A stretch of DNA of 64,000 nt from an uncultured Armatimonadetes bacterium (GTDB lineage Bacteria; Armatimonadota; UBA5829; DTJY01), in the NCBI GenBank assembly GCA_963717145.1, contig OY970325.1, forward strand, positions 320,001 to 384,000, written 5' to 3'. The position numbers and the translations under genes were made by a program. Shown here piece after piece: positions 60,162 to 64,000 of the stretch; positions within the stretch are counted from its first letter, which is position 1; each line of letters begins with the position of its first letter. The notes below the pieces were generated by a model that was not told the origin of the DNA, did not search any database, and worked only from the letters and a program-made list of their open reading frames with translations.

Positions 60162-60304
60162 AACCCCCTCGGCCCAGAGGCGTCGAGAGACGCCGGAGGC
60201 CGTCCCCAGAGGGACGCAGAGGCCGGTCCCCCTTCGTAAGGGGGACATAGCCGTCTGCGCCCCTCCTTACGAAGGAGGGGCCGGCCAGCAGGCCGGGGGA
60301 GGTT
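60162..60304. repeat. Palindromic MITE-like element
   Basis: AACCCCCTCGGCC ... GTCCCCCTTCGTAAGGGGGAC ... CCCTCCTTACGAAGGAGGG ... GGCCGGGGGAGGTT. Confidence 0.65.
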
Positions 60305-60334
60305 CGCTTGGCGATCTTGGCGTCTTGGCGGTTC

Positions 60335-60946
60335 CTACTTGCGGAGGTGGGTTGTCTGGTTGACCTGCTGGACCGTGATTCGGCCATCCTCGTCAACGTC
60401 CAGCACGTTGATCGCCGCGTTCTCCTGCTGGACCTGCTTGTACTCGTTGACGCTTCTGCCCATCACGCAGCAGAGGAGCATTCGGTTCGTGCTCTTGTGG
60501 GCAACGACCACGATCTCCCCGTGACGGTTCTCCTCCGCGATGCGCTTGAGCGCAGGATACGCCCGATCCCTCAGTTCGGCGAAGGTTTCCCCGCCGGGCG
60601 GACTCATCTCAAGCGGATTCGCTCGCCATTCCTTGTAGAACTCGGGACACTGAACCGGCGGCACGGCTTCGGGGATGCCCTCCCACTCACCGTAGTCTAG
60701 CTCGTTCAACTCCGTGACCTGGATCACCTGCAGTCCGAACCGATCGGCGATGGACTCGGCCGTTTGTCGGGCTCTCGTCAAGCCGCTCGAGTAGACCGCG
60801 CCGATCTTCTTATCAAGTAGCCAATCAGCGACGAGAGCCGCCTGGCGGAAGCCTTCATCGTTGAGCGGCATGTCGGTCGATCCTACGAATGCGGCAGCAC
60901 GGTTCGAGACCGTCTGGCCGTGTCGGATGAGATATATCCTGCCCAT
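60335..60946 (-). CDS. Histidine phosphatase (CobC/GpmB-like)
   Basis: LIRHGQT, RARQTA, ELDYGEWEG, VVAH. Confidence 0.92.
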   Translation of the reverse strand: MGRIYLIRHGQTVSNRAAAFVGSTDMPLNDEGFRQAALVADWLLDKKIGAVYSSGLTRARQTAESIADRFGLQVIQVTELNELDYGEWEGIPEAVPPVQCPEFYKEWRANPLEMSPPGGETFAELRDRAYPALKRIAEENRHGEIVVVAHKSTNRMLLCCVMGRSVNEYKQVQQENAAINVLDVDEDGRITVQQVNQTTHLRK

Positions 60947-60965
60947 TGTGTCTCCATATCAGCCG

Positions 60966-61034
60966 GTACGGGCGAAGCATTGGCTGCCGGTATCCATCAT
61001 AGTGGGCATTCGGTAGCCAGTGCTTCGCCCCTAC
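60966..61034. repeat. REP-like palindrome
   Basis: GTACGGGCGAAGCATTGGCT ... AGCCAGTGCTTCGCCCCTAC. Confidence 0.7.
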
Positions 61035-61118
61035 AGTAAACCTTAACATGCTCGGTCTGCTGAGGTCAACTCGGAGGAATTGCACCTGTCCTGCGCCGAA
61101 TACTACCAGGAGAACGCC

Positions 61119-62732
61119 ATGCTGCAAACACACTTCTCATGTTCCGACGAAGACCTGAACGACTTGTGGCGCTGGGTGGTCGCCTGCGCGCTGAATGACT
61201 TCGGCTACCGGAACATGGATGGCCGGGTCGTCGCGATGGGCCCTCCCTGGCTCAGGGATCACATCCACGAGATGAAGGCGTACAAGTACTTCGTCGAGGA
61301 CATGACCGGCGGCCTCGAGTTCTTCTTCCGCCACCAGCTTCCCGACGGCCAGTTCCCGGATTTCTTCGTCCCGATCGGCGACCAGCACCAGAAGTTCGTG
61401 CATCCCGACTTCGAGCAGGAGGATCCGGCGGAGAATCGGGTGTTCATCCGCGTGCCCGTCGAGGCCGACCTCGAGTACCTGGCGGTCGAGGGAGTCTATC
61501 AGGCATGGCAGGCGACGGGCAACACCCTCTGGATGTCGGATCAGATTCCCATTCTCAAGAAGGGCCTCAGGCATCTCACCTCGCACAAGTGGCGCTGGTC
61601 CGAGGAGCACGGCCTCGTCAAGCGGCCATTCACTCCAGACACGTGGGATTTCATCAACTGGTACGACGCCGACGATCACTTCAAGACCAACTGCGAGATC
61701 CGCCGAATGGACGACAGCATTCCGTTCTGCCTGTTCCACGGCGACAACAGCGGCCTCTACTCCGCCTGCATGATGATGGCGACGCTTGTAGAGGCGTGCC
61801 TTGTGCCGCCAGATCCGACATGCCGGGCGGCACAAGGCACGCCCCTACAACCATCGTACTGGTCTGAGTTCGGCGAGGGAGTCCGGGAGCGGGCGAACAA
61901 GCTCCTCTGGGGCGATGGGTTCTATATCCACCAGGTTCACCTCGATCCGGCGCTGGAGGCTGAGCATAACGAGCGCTTCCGCCTCAGCCTGAGCAACCCG
62001 TATGACATCAACCGAGGGATGCCGACGCACGAGATGGCCGTCTCGATCCTCGACGCCTATCCCGAGCGATGGAAGCTCCGGAGGGACACCCACATCGCCG
62101 AGTGGTTCACCATCGACCCGCCCTACGAGCCGCGGTTCAGTTGGTATCTCCCCGGCGAATATGTCAACGGCGGGCTCTTCGGAGCGGTCGCCGGCGAACT
62201 CTCGAAGGCGGCGTTCAATCATGGACGCGAGGCATACGCGGTCGATATACTGAGGCGTTACCATGCGCTCACCCGTGAGGCCGGCGAGGTCCGGTTCATG
62301 TGGTGGCCCGACGGACGTCCATACGGCGGAGGGCCGTCGGGATGGTGCGGGGCGGCGGTTGTTTCAGCGATGATGGAGGGCCTCGCGGGTATCAGGGATC
62401 GCGGGATCGGCATGAGCGACGTCGTGCTCTCCCCGCGATGGACGTCGGCAGGCGTCTCATCCGCCGGGATCAGAGCCCGATACCCGGCGTCGAACAGGAG
62501 TCTCAGCTATCTGTATGAGGCCGACTCCAAGCGAGTCAGCCTCAACTGCGCAGGCGACGGAAACCATTTGGCCATCCATCTCATGCTGCCGGACCGGGCG
62601 CAGGTTATGTCAGTCACCTGGGATGGGCGGCCGGTGAGTCATACTCTATCCCGCATAGAGGATAGCTCATATCTCGATATCGATGGTCTCTCCCAGTCTG
62701 GGGAGTTGGTTGTGGATCTAAGGAAGCACTAG
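61119..62732 (+). CDS. Six-hairpin (alpha/alpha)6 glycosidase-like protein
   Basis: PWLRDHIH, VEADLEY, DTWDF, GEYVNGG; fold assignment is an inference. Confidence 0.6.
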   Translation: MLQTHFSCSDEDLNDLWRWVVACALNDFGYRNMDGRVVAMGPPWLRDHIHEMKAYKYFVEDMTGGLEFFFRHQLPDGQFPDFFVPIGDQHQKFVHPDFEQEDPAENRVFIRVPVEADLEYLAVEGVYQAWQATGNTLWMSDQIPILKKGLRHLTSHKWRWSEEHGLVKRPFTPDTWDFINWYDADDHFKTNCEIRRMDDSIPFCLFHGDNSGLYSACMMMATLVEACLVPPDPTCRAAQGTPLQPSYWSEFGEGVRERANKLLWGDGFYIHQVHLDPALEAEHNERFRLSLSNPYDINRGMPTHEMAVSILDAYPERWKLRRDTHIAEWFTIDPPYEPRFSWYLPGEYVNGGLFGAVAGELSKAAFNHGREAYAVDILRRYHALTREAGEVRFMWWPDGRPYGGGPSGWCGAAVVSAMMEGLAGIRDRGIGMSDVVLSPRWTSAGVSSAGIRARYPASNRSLSYLYEADSKRVSLNCAGDGNHLAIHLMLPDRAQVMSVTWDGRPVSHTLSRIEDSSYLDIDGLSQSGELVVDLRKH

Positions 62733-62741
62733 GAGGCTACC

Positions 62742-63758
62742 ATGCACCGAATCTTGCTCATTGTCCTGATCGCACTCCTCGCGGTCTCATGCTCCGCCGC
62801 CGAGTTGAAGCGCGTCTTCGCCTACTACCAGGTCCCAGCGCTCGACCGATCCGCCGACGAGGCGCTGACCGCCTTCAAGGATGTCATCACCGACCTCTCG
62901 CCGACGATCATCGAGGTCATGGACGGCCTTGGGAGGGTCGAGGTCACGCCCGAGACGAAGTACCTTGACATCCTCCAGGGCGAGAAGACGCTCATTTCGC
63001 CGCTGATCCGCAACTACAACTTCGACAAGCAGATCGCCAAGTGGTCGCTGTTCAGTCCCTCGGCCCAGAAGAGCATGGTCGCCGGCACACTGGCTCTCCT
63101 CGAGGAGGAGAAGCGCTACTCCGGCGTCGTCATCGACATCGAGAACACCTCGCCGACGGACCGCGATCACTACTCCGCGTTCATCCGCCGGATGTACGAG
63201 GCGCTGCACCCCAGGGGGTTCAAGGTCTTCACCGTCGTCGGCCCGAAGGAAATGGACATCCCGAAGGCGATGTGGACCCGCGCTTTCGACTACAAGGAGA
63301 TCGGCAAGTACTCCGATTTCGTCATCCTGATGACCTACAACCAGCACTGGAAAGGCGGGCCTCCGGGGCCGTGCGCCGCCGTCGACTGGTTCGAGGCGTG
63401 CGTGAAGTACGCGTGCGAGTGCATGCCCAGGGAAAAGGTGATCGCCGGAATCCCGTTTTACGGCTACGACTGGCCTGCTACCGGGCCCGCAACCAGCCTG
63501 ACGCACAAGAAGGCGTCCGCGTTGATCGACCGCGTCAAGCCGGAGAAGATCGAGTGGAGCGAGCCGTGGGCGACCCCCTGGTTTGCATATACGGAGAACG
63601 GGGCGAGGCACGAGGTCTGGTTCGAGAATGTGCGCAGCATCGAGGCCAAGCTCGATGTCTGCCGGAAGCTCGGCGTCGGCGGAGTGGCCGCCTGGCGTCT
63701 CGGCGATGAGAACCCGAAGTTCTGGGAGGTCATCGGCCGATATTCGAGGGGAGAGTGA
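62742..63758 (+). CDS. GH18 family hydrolase (YdhD/SleL-like), possible lipoprotein
   Basis: GVVIDIEN, LMTYNQH, GIPFYGYDW, VWFEN, AAWRLG. Confidence 0.9.
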   Translation: MHRILLIVLIALLAVSCSAAELKRVFAYYQVPALDRSADEALTAFKDVITDLSPTIIEVMDGLGRVEVTPETKYLDILQGEKTLISPLIRNYNFDKQIAKWSLFSPSAQKSMVAGTLALLEEEKRYSGVVIDIENTSPTDRDHYSAFIRRMYEALHPRGFKVFTVVGPKEMDIPKAMWTRAFDYKEIGKYSDFVILMTYNQHWKGGPPGPCAAVDWFEACVKYACECMPREKVIAGIPFYGYDWPATGPATSLTHKKASALIDRVKPEKIEWSEPWATPWFAYTENGARHEVWFENVRSIEAKLDVCRKLGVGGVAAWRLGDENPKFWEVIGRYSRGE

Positions 63759-63761
63759 CCG

Positions 63762-64000
63762 ATGCTCCATGATGTGAAGGAGATCGTCTGCAAGTATAAC
63801 AAGCTGCTCTCGACCGAAGGGCTCGTGACGTGGACGGTCGGCAATGTGAGCGGGCGCGACCCCGATTCGGGGCTGGTCGTCATCAAGCCGAGTGGTGTCA
63901 ATTTCGAGGACTTGACGCCGGACATGATGTCGGTCGTGGATCTCGACGGCAATGTGGTGAAGGGGCGACTCAAGCCGTCCGTCGATACTCCGACGCACCT
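63762..64000 (+). CDS. araD: L-ribulose-5-phosphate 4-epimerase / class II aldolase; runs off the window
   Basis: GLVTWTVGNVSGRD..VIKPSGV..KPSVDTPTH. Confidence 0.85.
   Translation, partial: MLHDVKEIVCKYNKLLSTEGLVTWTVGNVSGRDPDSGLVVIKPSGVNFEDLTPDMMSVVDLDGNVVKGRLKPSVDTPTH

Overview
GC-rich bacterial chromosome segment. The secreted-protein style and gene content suggest Armatimonadota (inference only). Left part: two GHL10-type glycoside hydrolases and a large secreted protein that shares a ~400 aa C-terminal module with one of them, a bacterial Clp1-like polynucleotide kinase, alr, M20 peptidase, FAA hydrolase, mdh, split class I fumarase, an orphan N6-MTase-TRD fusion carrying in-frame simple repeats, hicBA, a frameshifted membrane pyrophosphatase and mlaEFD. 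Middle: rplI-dnaB-purDEB-(TA)-purFM, then an accessory island (KilA-N relic, IS1182, TIR-caspase-SLOG operon resembling type IV Thoeris, and a TPR protein with a nucleoside-deoxyribosyltransferase-like domain), then purSL-purQ and a second accessory block ending at a degenerate copy of the purQ 3' end. Right: smpB, a membrane protein, HAD, two GT2, O-antigen-ligase-TPR, glycosidases and araD. The strongest signals are the TIR-caspase-SLOG plus TPR-NDT defence locus, whose near-consensus promoter is cut off by an IS at a CTAG site; the shared C-terminal module of secreted proteins; and pervasive 6-9-mer tandem or inverted repeats and REP-like palindromes, some inside reading frames. Several single-base frameshifts may be long-read assembly errors. 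All calls come from reading motifs by eye; no database searches were run.
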